DNA of 64,000 nt from an uncultured Candidatus Saccharibacteria bacterium. GTDB lineage: Bacteria; Patescibacteriota; Saccharimonadia; Saccharimonadales; UBA4665. Every line of letters begins with the position of its first letter. Within the stretch, counting starts at the first letter, position 1. The position numbers and the translations under genes are program-made. Under the pieces are notes generated by a model, which had not been told where the DNA came from, searched no databases, and saw only the letters and a program-made list of their open reading frames with translations. The stretch covers positions 78,490-142,489 of the forward strand of contig CAZXDL010000001.1 of assembly GCA_964639505.1 (NCBI GenBank), given 5' to 3'. This document shows positions 18,057 through 27,821 of this stretch, piece after piece.

Positions 18057-19176
18057 GCTGTTTAACAGCGTCTTTATACAGCTCTTCGTACTGAGCAACC
18101 ACTTTTGGATAACTGAATTGTTTTACATAATTTTGTGCCCAGTCGTGCCAGACTTTTCTTATATCAGGCTCGTTAAGCATCATGTTGAGCCGCCTTGCAA
18201 ATTCAACTGTATCTTCTGGATTGACGATAGATAAGGCACCTACGCCTTTCATAAGATCAGAGTAACCTGAGTTGTTGCCAGCAACAGTTACAGTGCTGGT
18301 TGCCATTGCCTCTAGCAGAACGATACCAAAACTTTCGCCAAATATTGCCGGTGAGCAAAATATCTTGCTCTCGGCTAACAGCTTGAGCTTCAATTCTTCG
18401 CTTATAAAACCCAAAAAAGTTACATTTTTTAGATCTAAATCTTCGGCCATGAGCTCGAGTTTTTCTCGGTCAGGCCCATCACCAGCAATAATCAGTTTAA
18501 CGTCAGGATTGGTTTGTTGAATGACCTGAAAGGCTTTTAAAAGATATTTAACTCCTTTACGACGCTCAAGACGACCAACAAACAAAACGGTATTATTATC
18601 GGTGTCTTTCTTTTTGGATAATTTACTATATTTGTCCAAGTCTATACCATTTGGAATGATGGTTATCGGTTGATCTGTCATGGTACTTACATACTCGGCA
18701 CCCGAATCAGACACTGCTGTTAAAACATCCAGGTATTTCATAACAGAATTCAAGTAAAAACTTACGGTTTTGAGGATTGAACGACTCAGCGTTGAATCAG
18801 TAACCTTGGCGTGAAAGGTCCCGATATTTACGGCCTTAGATCTTGATAGAAGCTGACGGCTTAGCAGGGGCATCCAGGGTTCATGAAAGTGCAAAATGTC
18901 GAATTTTTCTTCGGCGAGCATTGCGTCGATTAGATCGTTATCTACCTGACTGGAGACCTGAGAGGTGGTATCTGAAAAAGAAAGAGTTCGGAAGTCTGTT
19001 GAGGTGCCTATAAAGATTACATCAGGATGAGGATCATCTGTATGTCCACGTGGTGCAGGGGTGATAATTTTCACAAGGTGGCCACGGTCCTCTAGACCGC
19101 TTTTAAGTGCAAGCACAACCTCTAAAACGCCACCATGCTTAGTTATATTGTAGGGACACACTAATCCTATTTTCAT
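18046..19176 (-). CDS. Glycosyltransferase family 4 (GT-B)
   Basis: MKIGLVCPY N-terminus and FGESFGIVLLEAMAT. Paralogue of the downstream gene. Confidence 0.85.
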   Translation of the reverse strand: MKIGLVCPYNITKHGGVLEVVLALKSGLEDRGHLVKIITPAPRGHTDDPHPDVIFIGTSTDFRTLSFSDTTSQVSSQVDNDLIDAMLAEEKFDILHFHEPWMPLLSRQLLSRSKAVNIGTFHAKVTDSTLSRSILKTVSFYLNSVMKYLDVLTAVSDSGAEYVSTMTDQPITIIPNGIDLDKYSKLSKKKDTDNNTVLFVGRLERRKGVKYLLKAFQVIQQTNPDVKLIIAGDGPDREKLELMAEDLDLKNVTFLGFISEELKLKLLAESKIFCSPAIFGESFGIVLLEAMATSTVTVAGNNSGYSDLMKGVGALSIVNPEDTVEFARRLNMMLNEPDIRKVWHDWAQNYVKQFSYPKVVAQYEELYKDAVKQHAK

Positions 19177-19196
19177 CTTAATACCAAGTATATCAT

Positions 19197-20129
19197 TTAG
19201 GCCTTGCTCAATATCCGCCTTAACCCCGGTGGCAACATTACTGACATGGCGGTTTTATCAGCTAGCACGCTAGGGGTGTGAGCCTTGCTTTTTGCCGTAA
19301 ACTTACGGTAATCATCAAACACAATTCGCATGTGCTGCTCGACGATCTTATTGTTAAAGTAATGCTCTTGCTCAGATACGACGTGCACGACGGGGATGTC
19401 AATTTTCTTGGTGCAGTTATCGAGAGTAAAGAACTCACTCGTTGTCAGCCAGTGTGTGCGCACATCATTGGCTTGCCAAAGCTGCAGCTCAAAATCCATT
19501 GTTATATCAAATTCTTCTGGCGTTACTTCGATCATACGTCGTCTAGAATTAGGCAAGCGAGAGTACAAAGTCTTAAGCACGAATTTATTTAGAGCCCCGT
19601 ACCTGATCATAAAAGCAACTGGTCGAGTAGCAAAAGTACGGGTCACGCCTCGGTAAAAAATTTGTGTTTTGCGCCCATAAACAAAATCATCTTTATGCAC
19701 AAACCCAACTAGACTTACTAAGAGGTCAACCTTTTTAGCGATTTCAGGATACTTTTGTAGCATACGAGTTGCAATCACAAAACCAAACGAAATTGCTACA
19801 ATAGTTAATCTTTTACGTTTATATCTAAGCTTTACAAAAGCTGCCAAATAGTCAGCAAAAGAATCAACATTTGGATATACACCGATTTTGTTAAAACTGT
19901 CCATGCCGCCAAATCCGGGCATATCAGGCATAGTTACGTTACCGTATTGTTCGAGGTTCTCAACTAGACCCCACCAGCGCTCTAGCATGGCGTGGTGGCC
20001 GTAAATCAGAAGTATCTCTTTAGTTTTTTTCTTATTTGAAGCGGGTACCCTCATCATACGGCCATCAAGCCGGTTGATGTTTAAAGGCACTATATAATCA
20101 GCTGAATGTTTGGACTTATTGTGAGGCAT
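19197..20129 (-). CDS. Alpha/beta hydrolase fold protein
   Basis: LLIYGHHA (oxyanion region), a nucleophile elbow variant VAISFGF, and typical length. Confidence 0.6.
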   Translation of the reverse strand: MPHNKSKHSADYIVPLNINRLDGRMMRVPASNKKKTKEILLIYGHHAMLERWWGLVENLEQYGNVTMPDMPGFGGMDSFNKIGVYPNVDSFADYLAAFVKLRYKRKRLTIVAISFGFVIATRMLQKYPEIAKKVDLLVSLVGFVHKDDFVYGRKTQIFYRGVTRTFATRPVAFMIRYGALNKFVLKTLYSRLPNSRRRMIEVTPEEFDITMDFELQLWQANDVRTHWLTTSEFFTLDNCTKKIDIPVVHVVSEQEHYFNNKIVEQHMRIVFDDYRKFTAKSKAHTPSVLADKTAMSVMLPPGLRRILSKA

Positions 20130-20243
20130 ATTTACCTTAAAAATTTATACTAATTTTAGCAGAATATGCCTGTTTAGTCGACAGCCGAACACCTTGGCGC
20201 TGTGTACATACAAACATACAGCTGTTAAAATCAATCTGGCTAT

Positions 20244-20318
20244 TGGGGCGTCGCCAAGTGGTAAGGCACCAGTTTTTGGTACTGGCATTCGGGGGTTCGA
20301 ATCCCTCCGCCCCAGCCA
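20244..20318 (+). tRNA. tRNA-Gln (anticodon UUG), CCA encoded
   Basis: Cloverleaf read by hand: acceptor TGGGGCG/CGCCCCA, anticodon stem CCAGT/ACTGG with loop TTTTGGT (anticodon TTG), T-loop GGTTCGAATCC. Closely resembles E. coli tRNA-Gln. An extended -10 (TGtTAAAAT) is at 20223-20231. Confidence 0.93.
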
Positions 20319-20447
20319 AACAAGATCAACAAAAAGTAAAAAAGCAATCCTTAAATTAATTGCTCTGAATTATTCAGATCAAATCAAATTAATAATAATG
20401 TTGGCTATCGTACCGTTTGTGTCGGGCTTTGCTGTTATCATCATTAC

Positions 20448-20996
20448 ATGGTGTATGTTGCGCTACTTAGGGGTGTTAATGTCGGTGGAAATAGCCGTGT
20501 TGAAATGCCAAAGTTAAAATTAGTGTTTGAAAAGATCGGCTTCGAAAAAGTTAAAACTTATATAAACTCGGGCAATGTAATATTTGAAACCGTTAAGCAG
20601 GCTGAATCTACGCTCGCAGACCGACTTGAAGAAACAATAGAAGAGACATTTGGCTTTAAAGTGGACGTGATAGTTCGCTCGCAAACTTACATTAAACAGA
20701 TACTTGATCAGCTGCCTAGAGATTGGCTAAACAATGAAAACATGCGGTGTGATGTGATGTTTTTATGGGAAGATATCCACGATCCCCACATCTTGAACGA
20801 GTTGATGATAAAGCCCGATATTGAAGACGTGAAGTACGTTTCCGGTGCAATTATCTGGAGGATCGATCGAAAGAACGCAGCTAAAAGTGGCGCTTTAAAA
20901 ATTATTGGTACCCCCCTGTACAAAAAGATGACAATCCGGAATTGTAATACCGTACATAAACTTTATTCCATGATGACAGAGGCAAATACGATATAG
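20448..20996 (+). CDS. DUF1697 domain protein
   Basis: The N-terminus MVYVALLRGVNVGGNSRVEM..L......GF..V.TYINSGNVIF is the DUF1697 signature. Confidence 0.8.
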   Translation: MVYVALLRGVNVGGNSRVEMPKLKLVFEKIGFEKVKTYINSGNVIFETVKQAESTLADRLEETIEETFGFKVDVIVRSQTYIKQILDQLPRDWLNNENMRCDVMFLWEDIHDPHILNELMIKPDIEDVKYVSGAIIWRIDRKNAAKSGALKIIGTPLYKKMTIRNCNTVHKLYSMMTEANTI

Positions 20997-21004
20997 TAGT
21001 TGGT

Positions 21005-22471
21005 ATGGAAAATAACACAAACGAACTCGCTGATATTGGCGTGATTGGGTTGGCAGTCATGGGTCAAAACCTGGTCTTAAATATGAATGATCATGGATTT
21101 AAAGTTGCGGCATTTAACCGAACAGTTGAAAAAGTTGACGACTTTATTGCCAATCAGGCCAAAAACACGCAGGTAGTTGGCGTTCATTCTTTAAATGAGC
21201 TTGTGGCTTCACTCAAAAAGCCACGCCGTGTGATGTTGATGGTCAAAGCAGGAGACCCTGTTGATAAAACAATCGAGTCGCTCATACCCTTACTTGAATC
21301 AGGGGACATTATTATAGATGGGGGCAATTCATTGTTTAGTGATACAGAACGACGTATGAAAGAGGTCGAAACTAAAGGGCTTTTATACGTCGGTACTGGT
21401 GTATCCGGCGGTGAAGAGGGGGCCCGTAATGGACCCTCAATTATGCCTGGCGGTTCTGCGGCGGCTTGGCCACATATCAAAGATATCTTTCAGGCAATAT
21501 CAGCCAAAGTTGAAGATGGAACTGCATGTTGCGACTGGGTTGGCGAGGGTGGAGCGGGTCATTACGTCAAAATGGTGCATAACGGGATCGAATACGGCGA
21601 TATGCAACTTATTGCCGAGGCTTACAGCCTTCTCCAGAACTATGTTGGGCTAAATAATGATGAGATGGCCCAGACTTTTGCTGAATGGAACAAAGGCGAT
21701 TTAGATAGTTATTTAATTCAAATCACATCAGAAATTCTTGCTTTTAAAGATGAGGATGGGCAGCCGATCGTCGATAAAATTCTTGATGCTGCTGGACAAA
21801 AAGGCACCGGCAAATGGACTGTCATAAGCTCTGCCGAATTAGGTCAACCAGTTAGTTTAATCACTGAAGCCGTATACGCTCGCTGTATTTCGGCTTTAAA
21901 GGAGGCTAGACAAAATGCCTCTAGTATTTTGACTGGGCCATCTATAAAAAGAGAAGGCGACAATCAAGCATTTATCAACGAACTTCAGCAGGCTTTGTAC
22001 GCCTCTAAAATCGTAAGCTATGCCCAAGGCTACATGCTTATGCGTGCTGCTGCCGACGAACATAACTGGAATCTTAATTACGGTGGCATCGCATTAATGT
22101 GGCGTGGAGGTTGCATAATTCGCAGCCGCTTCTTAGGAGATATCAAACAGGCCTACGAGACAAATCCAGATCTCAGTAATTTATTACTAGACCCGTTTTT
22201 TAGTGAAGCAATTAACAAAGCACAGTCATCATGGCGTAACGTTATTGCGGCAGCCGTACAGGCCGGCGTAGCTGTGCCGGCTATGAGCTCAGCTCTATCG
22301 TTTTATGATGCTTTCAGGTCAGAGAAATTGCCTGCCAACCTGTTGCAAGCTCAACGCGACTATTTCGGTGCGCATACTTATGAGCGCATTGATAAGCCAC
22401 GCGGTGAGTTCTTTCACACAAACTGGACAGGCAAGGGTGGCTCAACCAGTTCAAGCAGCTATAACGCTTAA
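21005..22471 (+). CDS. gnd: 6-phosphogluconate dehydrogenase, decarboxylating
   Basis: IGVIGLAVMGQNL, GGNS, GAGHYVKMVHNGIEYGDMQLI and AQRDYFGAHTYER. Confidence 0.95.
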   Translation: MENNTNELADIGVIGLAVMGQNLVLNMNDHGFKVAAFNRTVEKVDDFIANQAKNTQVVGVHSLNELVASLKKPRRVMLMVKAGDPVDKTIESLIPLLESGDIIIDGGNSLFSDTERRMKEVETKGLLYVGTGVSGGEEGARNGPSIMPGGSAAAWPHIKDIFQAISAKVEDGTACCDWVGEGGAGHYVKMVHNGIEYGDMQLIAEAYSLLQNYVGLNNDEMAQTFAEWNKGDLDSYLIQITSEILAFKDEDGQPIVDKILDAAGQKGTGKWTVISSAELGQPVSLITEAVYARCISALKEARQNASSILTGPSIKREGDNQAFINELQQALYASKIVSYAQGYMLMRAAADEHNWNLNYGGIALMWRGGCIIRSRFLGDIKQAYETNPDLSNLLLDPFFSEAINKAQSSWRNVIAAAVQAGVAVPAMSSALSFYDAFRSEKLPANLLQAQRDYFGAHTYERIDKPRGEFFHTNWTGKGGSTSSSSYNA

Positions 22472-23973
22472 CCTAGGCTTTTTCTAAGACCTGCCATCTC
22501 TGTAATTAGTTTGGTCATCTCTGTTTGATATTTCGAACTTACAAGTGCGGAACTAAGCTCTTTATGAGCATGCTCATCGCTAGATTTCGGGCCAAGCTGG
22601 ATTTCTAATATCTTCTTTGCGATTTCAAAATCTGTTTTAATATCACGCCATGCGCTATTTTGTTTTATTAATTCTTCTAGGTTGTTTTCGTTATAGTAAC
22701 GGCCGGCTTTTTCGAAGTCGCTTGAAATGTTTGCATATTCCTGGCGCAAAAGTTCAATTTGTTCCGGTTTCAAATCCCGCAATGCTCGCCCTAAACCGAT
22801 AAACTCAGGTGGTATACCGATTGAATACAGGCTGGCAGTAAAAGTAATCGCTCGTGGCAATGTATGCGTACCGGTTGTCCGTGAATATGCCAAAAGGCCG
22901 ATATGCTGCCGACGATCACGTCGCTTAGGGACTGCTTCAAATACTTTGTTTAAATCTTTAACTATGCTATCCAAGCTTTGCTTGTAGTATTTTGAGGCAG
23001 TTTTGCCAATTATTATTAATTCTGACTGGTCGAATGGATCGATGACATGAGGTTTGATATGCGGTAAATCTTTTTCTAGTCTAGTGATAGCTTTTTTAAC
23101 TATTACTTCCGGATAATCATATCTAAATGCCGATTGTACGGTCACCGTGCGGACTCCGGCGAACTCCTTTGTAAACCTGTCGAGTGTATCTGGTGCTAGG
23201 CCACCCCTAAAAAGCAGACTTCCGGCCCCAAGAATGGGGTAAGTAGGAATGCCTGATTCTTTTGTAAACTCCTGTAGACGACTAAGTGCAACTTTATTAC
23301 CAATGATGCCCGCCAGCAACCCAGATGTTAGAGCTGAGTCTGAGCAAGCCAAGAAGGCTCTAATGTATTCAGGTTTTTTACCAAAATTTTTATCGTGCAA
23401 AGAAACAAATTCTCTGAGTAGATCATCGACTGCCAGCTGACTTTCAACACTTTCTACTAGTGGAATAATTTCTAGATAATCGGTATTTGTCTCATTATCT
23501 TTGGTAAATTCTGTCGACTTAAACTTAGCAACCTTTTGAAAAAGCTTTTGCATATGTATTAGCTGGTCAGCACGCTCGGTCATCGGGAGAATAATTTCAA
23601 ATAAGGGTCGGTTGTTAAATTTTAAATCGCGGGCGAAATCTTCACTGCTCAAAATAACCGTCATAGCTTGAAGTAGGTTGTAACCTTTTTCTTCCCATAT
23701 ATTCGGCAGCCTAAATGTCAAAAATTGATCTCGTCCAAGCTGATGCTGCGAAAAGTATTCATGATAATCGCTAAATAATCTATCTATAACGGCCGCGTCG
23801 GCATGTTTGCCCTCCCAATCCCACATATACTCGCCAACGTTGAGATCTCTGAAACAGGCAACAGCCTCGTGAATTTCCTCGTGTACCCCTATAAATGGCC
23901 TTCCGTCATCCCAAAAAGGGGCACCGGCGTTATCTGGGTGCTGAGTAGCCATAGTTGCCGGAATTTTTCTCAC
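22468..23973 (-). CDS. ppcA: Archaeal-type phosphoenolpyruvate carboxylase
   Basis: IPATMATQHPDN, ILGAGSLLFRGG, TVQSAFRYDYPE, LPRAITFTASLYSIGIPPEFIGLGRAL and a C-terminal ...RKSLG. All match the about 500-540 aa atPEPC family as I recall it (for example the Clostridium perfringens enzyme). Confidence 0.9.
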   Translation of the reverse strand: MRKIPATMATQHPDNAGAPFWDDGRPFIGVHEEIHEAVACFRDLNVGEYMWDWEGKHADAAVIDRLFSDYHEYFSQHQLGRDQFLTFRLPNIWEEKGYNLLQAMTVILSSEDFARDLKFNNRPLFEIILPMTERADQLIHMQKLFQKVAKFKSTEFTKDNETNTDYLEIIPLVESVESQLAVDDLLREFVSLHDKNFGKKPEYIRAFLACSDSALTSGLLAGIIGNKVALSRLQEFTKESGIPTYPILGAGSLLFRGGLAPDTLDRFTKEFAGVRTVTVQSAFRYDYPEVIVKKAITRLEKDLPHIKPHVIDPFDQSELIIIGKTASKYYKQSLDSIVKDLNKVFEAVPKRRDRRQHIGLLAYSRTTGTHTLPRAITFTASLYSIGIPPEFIGLGRALRDLKPEQIELLRQEYANISSDFEKAGRYYNENNLEELIKQNSAWRDIKTDFEIAKKILEIQLGPKSSDEHAHKELSSALVSSKYQTEMTKLITEMAGLRKSLG

Positions 23974-25130
23974 GATTTTACTCCTGTTTCAATAAAGCGT
24001 CGTATTTCAGCTACAGCTTTTTTAAGTACCTCTATATCACCAGAAAAAGTCAGTCTGGCGTATCCAGGAGTTAAAAATGCCTCCCCAGGCACCAAGACCA
24101 CCCCCGTTTCGGCAAGTAAGTTTTCGCACCATTCGGCGCTATTACTAGATAGTTGGCGGATGTCTAGATAAACATAAAAAGCACCGCCGGGCACATTATG
24201 TTTTAAGCCCTTGATATTTGATAGACCATCGATGACAATCTGTCGCTTGGTCTTTAGATCGTTTAGAGTCGCTTGGGGTGGTCTGTCGCCTCTTTCCATG
24301 GCTGCGATAGCGGCATACTGGCTTGGCAAAGCTGCGTTTCCATTTATATGACTTAACAGTGTAGTAGCTGCGTCAGCAATTTTTTTATCTGCTATTAAAT
24401 AACCTATGCGCCACCCAGTTATGGCCTGGCTCTTCGAAAACCCATTGATTATTACTAAATTTTTGAACCCAGCCCTTGGTACAAGCGAAAAACCATCATC
24501 GAATATTAATTTGGAATAAATATCATCAGATATCAATACGATATCTGTACCCTTAAGGAGCTGGGATAATTCTTGTATAGCTTGCTCAGAAAAAACTGCT
24601 CCGGTAGGATTATGTGGCGATGTCACGAGAATTGCTTTTGTCTTAGGTGTAATTTTTGATTTTATATACTCTATGTCTAAATCATATAGCTCGGTTAGAG
24701 GCGGCGTAACAACTGCACCGCCCGCTAGTTTAACTAAGTCGACGTAACTTACCCATGCTGGAGTCGGTATGATTACCTCATCACCAGGATTAATTAATGA
24801 TAAGAAGGCTGCATACAAGGCTGGCTTTGCACCACCAGTGACTACGATATTTTCAGCTTCAATCCAATCCAGACCATAAAATTCTTTAGCATGGGATGCA
24901 ATTTTTTGTCGTAATTCAGGCAAACCAGCTACAGCCGTATACTTATTATTTTTTAACGTTTTAGAAACAGCTTCTTGTATATAGTCAGGAGTATCGGTGG
25001 CAAGCTCGCCAGCAGTCAGGTTATAAATAGTTTTACCCTCGGCTGATAAGCGTTTGGCCCGGGCATTAAGTGCCAATGTGGCACTCTCATTCATTGTCGC
25101 TAGACGCGACGCAAGATCTACTCCTGTCAT
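23970..25130 (-). CDS. Class I PLP-dependent (aspartate) aminotransferase
   Basis: NLTAGE, SPHNPTG, and NGFSKSQAITGWRIGY (PLP lysine). Its stop overlaps the ppcA start by 4 nt. Confidence 0.88.
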   Translation of the reverse strand: MTGVDLASRLATMNESATLALNARAKRLSAEGKTIYNLTAGELATDTPDYIQEAVSKTLKNNKYTAVAGLPELRQKIASHAKEFYGLDWIEAENIVVTGGAKPALYAAFLSLINPGDEVIIPTPAWVSYVDLVKLAGGAVVTPPLTELYDLDIEYIKSKITPKTKAILVTSPHNPTGAVFSEQAIQELSQLLKGTDIVLISDDIYSKLIFDDGFSLVPRAGFKNLVIINGFSKSQAITGWRIGYLIADKKIADAATTLLSHINGNAALPSQYAAIAAMERGDRPPQATLNDLKTKRQIVIDGLSNIKGLKHNVPGGAFYVYLDIRQLSSNSAEWCENLLAETGVVLVPGEAFLTPGYARLTFSGDIEVLKKAVAEIRRFIETGVKS

Positions 25131-25215
25131 CCTTTATTAAATTATAACCTAAATGTCGATATTTTAGGCATAAGTATACAAAGTATAGTATTAGTGTGTA
25201 TAATATTATTTAATT

Positions 25216-26025
25216 ATGGCTAAACAAATGATCGTTGCGAAAGAAGTTACAAAGCAGTTTGGCGACATTACTGCTGTTGACGGTATTTCGTTTGAAGTGA
25301 ATAAAGGCGAGATTTTTGCGTTTTTAGGACCTAATGGCGCGGGCAAGAGTACAACCATTAAAATGCTAACTACTATGCTGCGTCCGACTTCGGGTGATCT
25401 CAGATTGGCCGGGCATGACGTAACAAAAGAACAAGCCTCAGCTCGTAAAGCCTTTGGCATTGTTTTTCAGGACCCTAGCCTTGATGAGGAGTTATCTGCC
25501 CATGAAAATATGGAACTTCACGCTGTGCTTTACGGGGTCCCAAAAAGCGGCCGTGATAAACAAATCCAAGAGCTTTTGGAGCTAGTTGAGCTGTGGAATC
25601 GAAAAGATTCGATGATCAAGACCTTCTCAGGAGGCATGCGCCGTCGACTCGAAATCGCAAGAGGCCTGTTGCACGAACCAAAAATACTCTTTCTAGACGA
25701 GCCAACACTCGGTCTTGATACCCAAACCAGAAACTTAATGTGGAACTATGTTAAAAGGCTAAGTGATGAAAAGGGCATGACCATATTTTTTACGACTCAT
25801 TATCTAGACGAAGCCGAAGCAGTCGCCGAGCGGATCGCAATCATAGACCACGGCAAAATAGTCGCCAGCGGTACAACTTCACAATTATGTAAGCAAACAA
25901 AAACCAAGACCCTAGAGGAAGCATATCTCAAATTAACTGGATCGGGTGCACGTGATGACGATGATTCCGGCAATAACAACGGTTTGAATTTTAAATTATC
26001 CTTACGGAATACGAGGCTTAGGTAA
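25216..26025 (+). CDS. ABC transporter ATP-binding protein (ABC-2/DrrA-like)
   Basis: Walker A GPNGAGKST, signature FSGGMRRRLEIA and Walker B ILFLDEPT. Confidence 0.9.
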   Translation: MAKQMIVAKEVTKQFGDITAVDGISFEVNKGEIFAFLGPNGAGKSTTIKMLTTMLRPTSGDLRLAGHDVTKEQASARKAFGIVFQDPSLDEELSAHENMELHAVLYGVPKSGRDKQIQELLELVELWNRKDSMIKTFSGGMRRRLEIARGLLHEPKILFLDEPTLGLDTQTRNLMWNYVKRLSDEKGMTIFFTTHYLDEAEAVAERIAIIDHGKIVASGTTSQLCKQTKTKTLEEAYLKLTGSGARDDDDSGNNNGLNFKLSLRNTRLR

Positions 26026-26771
26026 TGGAAGTATTATACGCTCTCTGGCTAAGACAAGTTCGCCGCTACATCAGAAGTGGCTCTCGGATTTTGGGCACAC
26101 TCGGTCAGCCAATTCTATTTTTATTGGCACTGGGCTATGGCATCGGCGCGATCTATAAGCAAGCTGGCCAAGGCGACTATCTTCAGTTTTTAGTACCTGG
26201 CATTATTACTCAAACGGTACTCCTTTCGGGTATTTTTTGGGGAGTGATTGTTTTGATGGACAAACGCTTTGGCTTTCTCTCCGAGTTGCTAGTAACTCCA
26301 GTATCACGGACAAAAATACTCATTGGAAGCGCGTTCGGCGGGGCAACAATTTCTGTTATGCAAGGGATACTAATTTTCTGCGTATCCATGCTACTTGGCT
26401 TTCAGCCTTATAACTGGCTGCTTGTATTGCCAGCTCTGCTTATTTTATGTGTTATGTGTTTAGCATTAGCGTGTTTCGGAGCAGGAATTGCTTCGATGGT
26501 TGATGACTTTCAAGGATTTCAGGGTATCAACAATCTAATTGTTATGCCTCTTTTCTTTTTGTCCACCGCGCTGTATCCGTTGAATAACGTGCCTGTAGTG
26601 CTCAAAACAATCAGCACCTATAACCCCGTAAGCTATATGGTTGATTCACTCCGCTATCTGCTTTCGAACACCACTCAATTTGGGTTTAAAAAAGACTTGG
26701 TCGTTATCGCTATTACCACGACCGTTGCTATTATCTTCGCGGTAAACCGTTTCAATCGCGTACAAATGTAG
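26025..26771 (+). CDS. ABC-2 type transporter permease
   Basis: About 6 TM helices. ATG overlaps the ATPase stop, giving the typical ABC-2 pair arrangement. Confidence 0.8.
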   Translation: MEVLYALWLRQVRRYIRSGSRILGTLGQPILFLLALGYGIGAIYKQAGQGDYLQFLVPGIITQTVLLSGIFWGVIVLMDKRFGFLSELLVTPVSRTKILIGSAFGGATISVMQGILIFCVSMLLGFQPYNWLLVLPALLILCVMCLALACFGAGIASMVDDFQGFQGINNLIVMPLFFLSTALYPLNNVPVVLKTISTYNPVSYMVDSLRYLLSNTTQFGFKKDLVVIAITTTVAIIFAVNRFNRVQM

Positions 26772-26776
26772 ACTAA

Positions 26777-27775
26777 TTAAATATACTTTTGCTTTTGCGA
26801 AATAAAGAATGCAGTGGCTCCAACTGCCAGTGTTAGCCAATAACTAATCAACCTGTACAGAAGGGCAATAGCCAGTGCTGTTGAGCTGTCGACTTTGAAA
26901 GCAACAAATCCCGCTACTAAGCCAGCCTCAAAGCCACCTAAACCACCTGGTGTAGGCGTAGCTGTGCCGGCACCTATACCGAGAGTAAAGATAAGCATGA
27001 TAACCGCGAAATTAAGATGTACTCCAAGCGCAGCGGCACAAGCTTGCAGCGCTAATACATTAAATGTTGTCAGACAAATTGATGTTATTAGAGCAAGGCC
27101 AATACGCTTCGGCCGGTGGCGATATTCAAGTAATTGATTTTTTAAATCAATTAGGCCGCTTTTAAACTTTTTTCTTCCGAATATAAAGACTAAAACCGCT
27201 GCTATTAATAGCACCAGCCAGAAATATTTAATGTTTTGATTAAGCGCACCCTTAGACTGGCTGGCCTGAATAGTCGAATAACCAGTTAAGATCAATACTG
27301 ATCCTAGTAGTAAGTAATGGCCTAATCCACCAAGCAGGTTGTTTACTGCCACAACGCTCGCTGCTTGTGCAGAGGTATGTTTTTGCCGTTTTAAATATAC
27401 AAAGTTTGCTCCTAGTGCGCCAATTCCACCCGGCAGCAATCGATTAATAAACATCGCAGCGAATTGAACGACAACTGTCCGCCGATAACTTAGGTTCTTA
27501 AACGCAAGCAGACAATAAGTTGCAGCCCCCGCAGAATATGTTAAAAAAGTAAGTACGATTGCTATCACCGTCCAACCTAGCTCTGGGTGAGTCAGTAAGT
27601 GTAGACTCGACTTAAAATTTCCAATCTGAGGTAGAATGATATATAGAGCTAGCAACAGCATAAGTACAACAAAGATATACCGGCGATTAAACCGAAATTC
27701 TGGCTCAGAAGACATAGATTTATTATCGCACAAGCGCCTGTTTAAGTTCCTGTTGAAAATCTTACGCAACACCAT
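26777..27775 (-). CDS. UPF0104 / LPG-synthase-TM (flippase-like) membrane protein
   Basis: Polytopic, with RLLPGGIGALG and TPTPGGLGGFEAGLV motifs typical of the family. Confidence 0.7.
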   Translation of the reverse strand: MVLRKIFNRNLNRRLCDNKSMSSEPEFRFNRRYIFVVLMLLLALYIILPQIGNFKSSLHLLTHPELGWTVIAIVLTFLTYSAGAATYCLLAFKNLSYRRTVVVQFAAMFINRLLPGGIGALGANFVYLKRQKHTSAQAASVVAVNNLLGGLGHYLLLGSVLILTGYSTIQASQSKGALNQNIKYFWLVLLIAAVLVFIFGRKKFKSGLIDLKNQLLEYRHRPKRIGLALITSICLTTFNVLALQACAAALGVHLNFAVIMLIFTLGIGAGTATPTPGGLGGFEAGLVAGFVAFKVDSSTALAIALLYRLISYWLTLAVGATAFFISQKQKYI

Positions 27776-27821
27776 AACGAAATATGTTTATATAAATATA
27801 TAAACCTCGGGAGCTGAGCAG

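Noticed and set aside
20355-20367. Perfect palindrome CTGAAT-T-ATTCAG downstream of tRNA-Gln and upstream of the DUF1697 gene
   Set aside because: It is short (6+6), AT-rich and occurs once in the window. It could be a weak hairpin or an operator, but nothing else supports a function.
20137-20517. ORF-track entries 20137-20319 (minus) and 20194-20517 (plus)
   Set aside because: Both run straight through the tRNA-Gln gene (20244-20318) and its flanks. Their translations are low-complexity, so I treat them as spurious.
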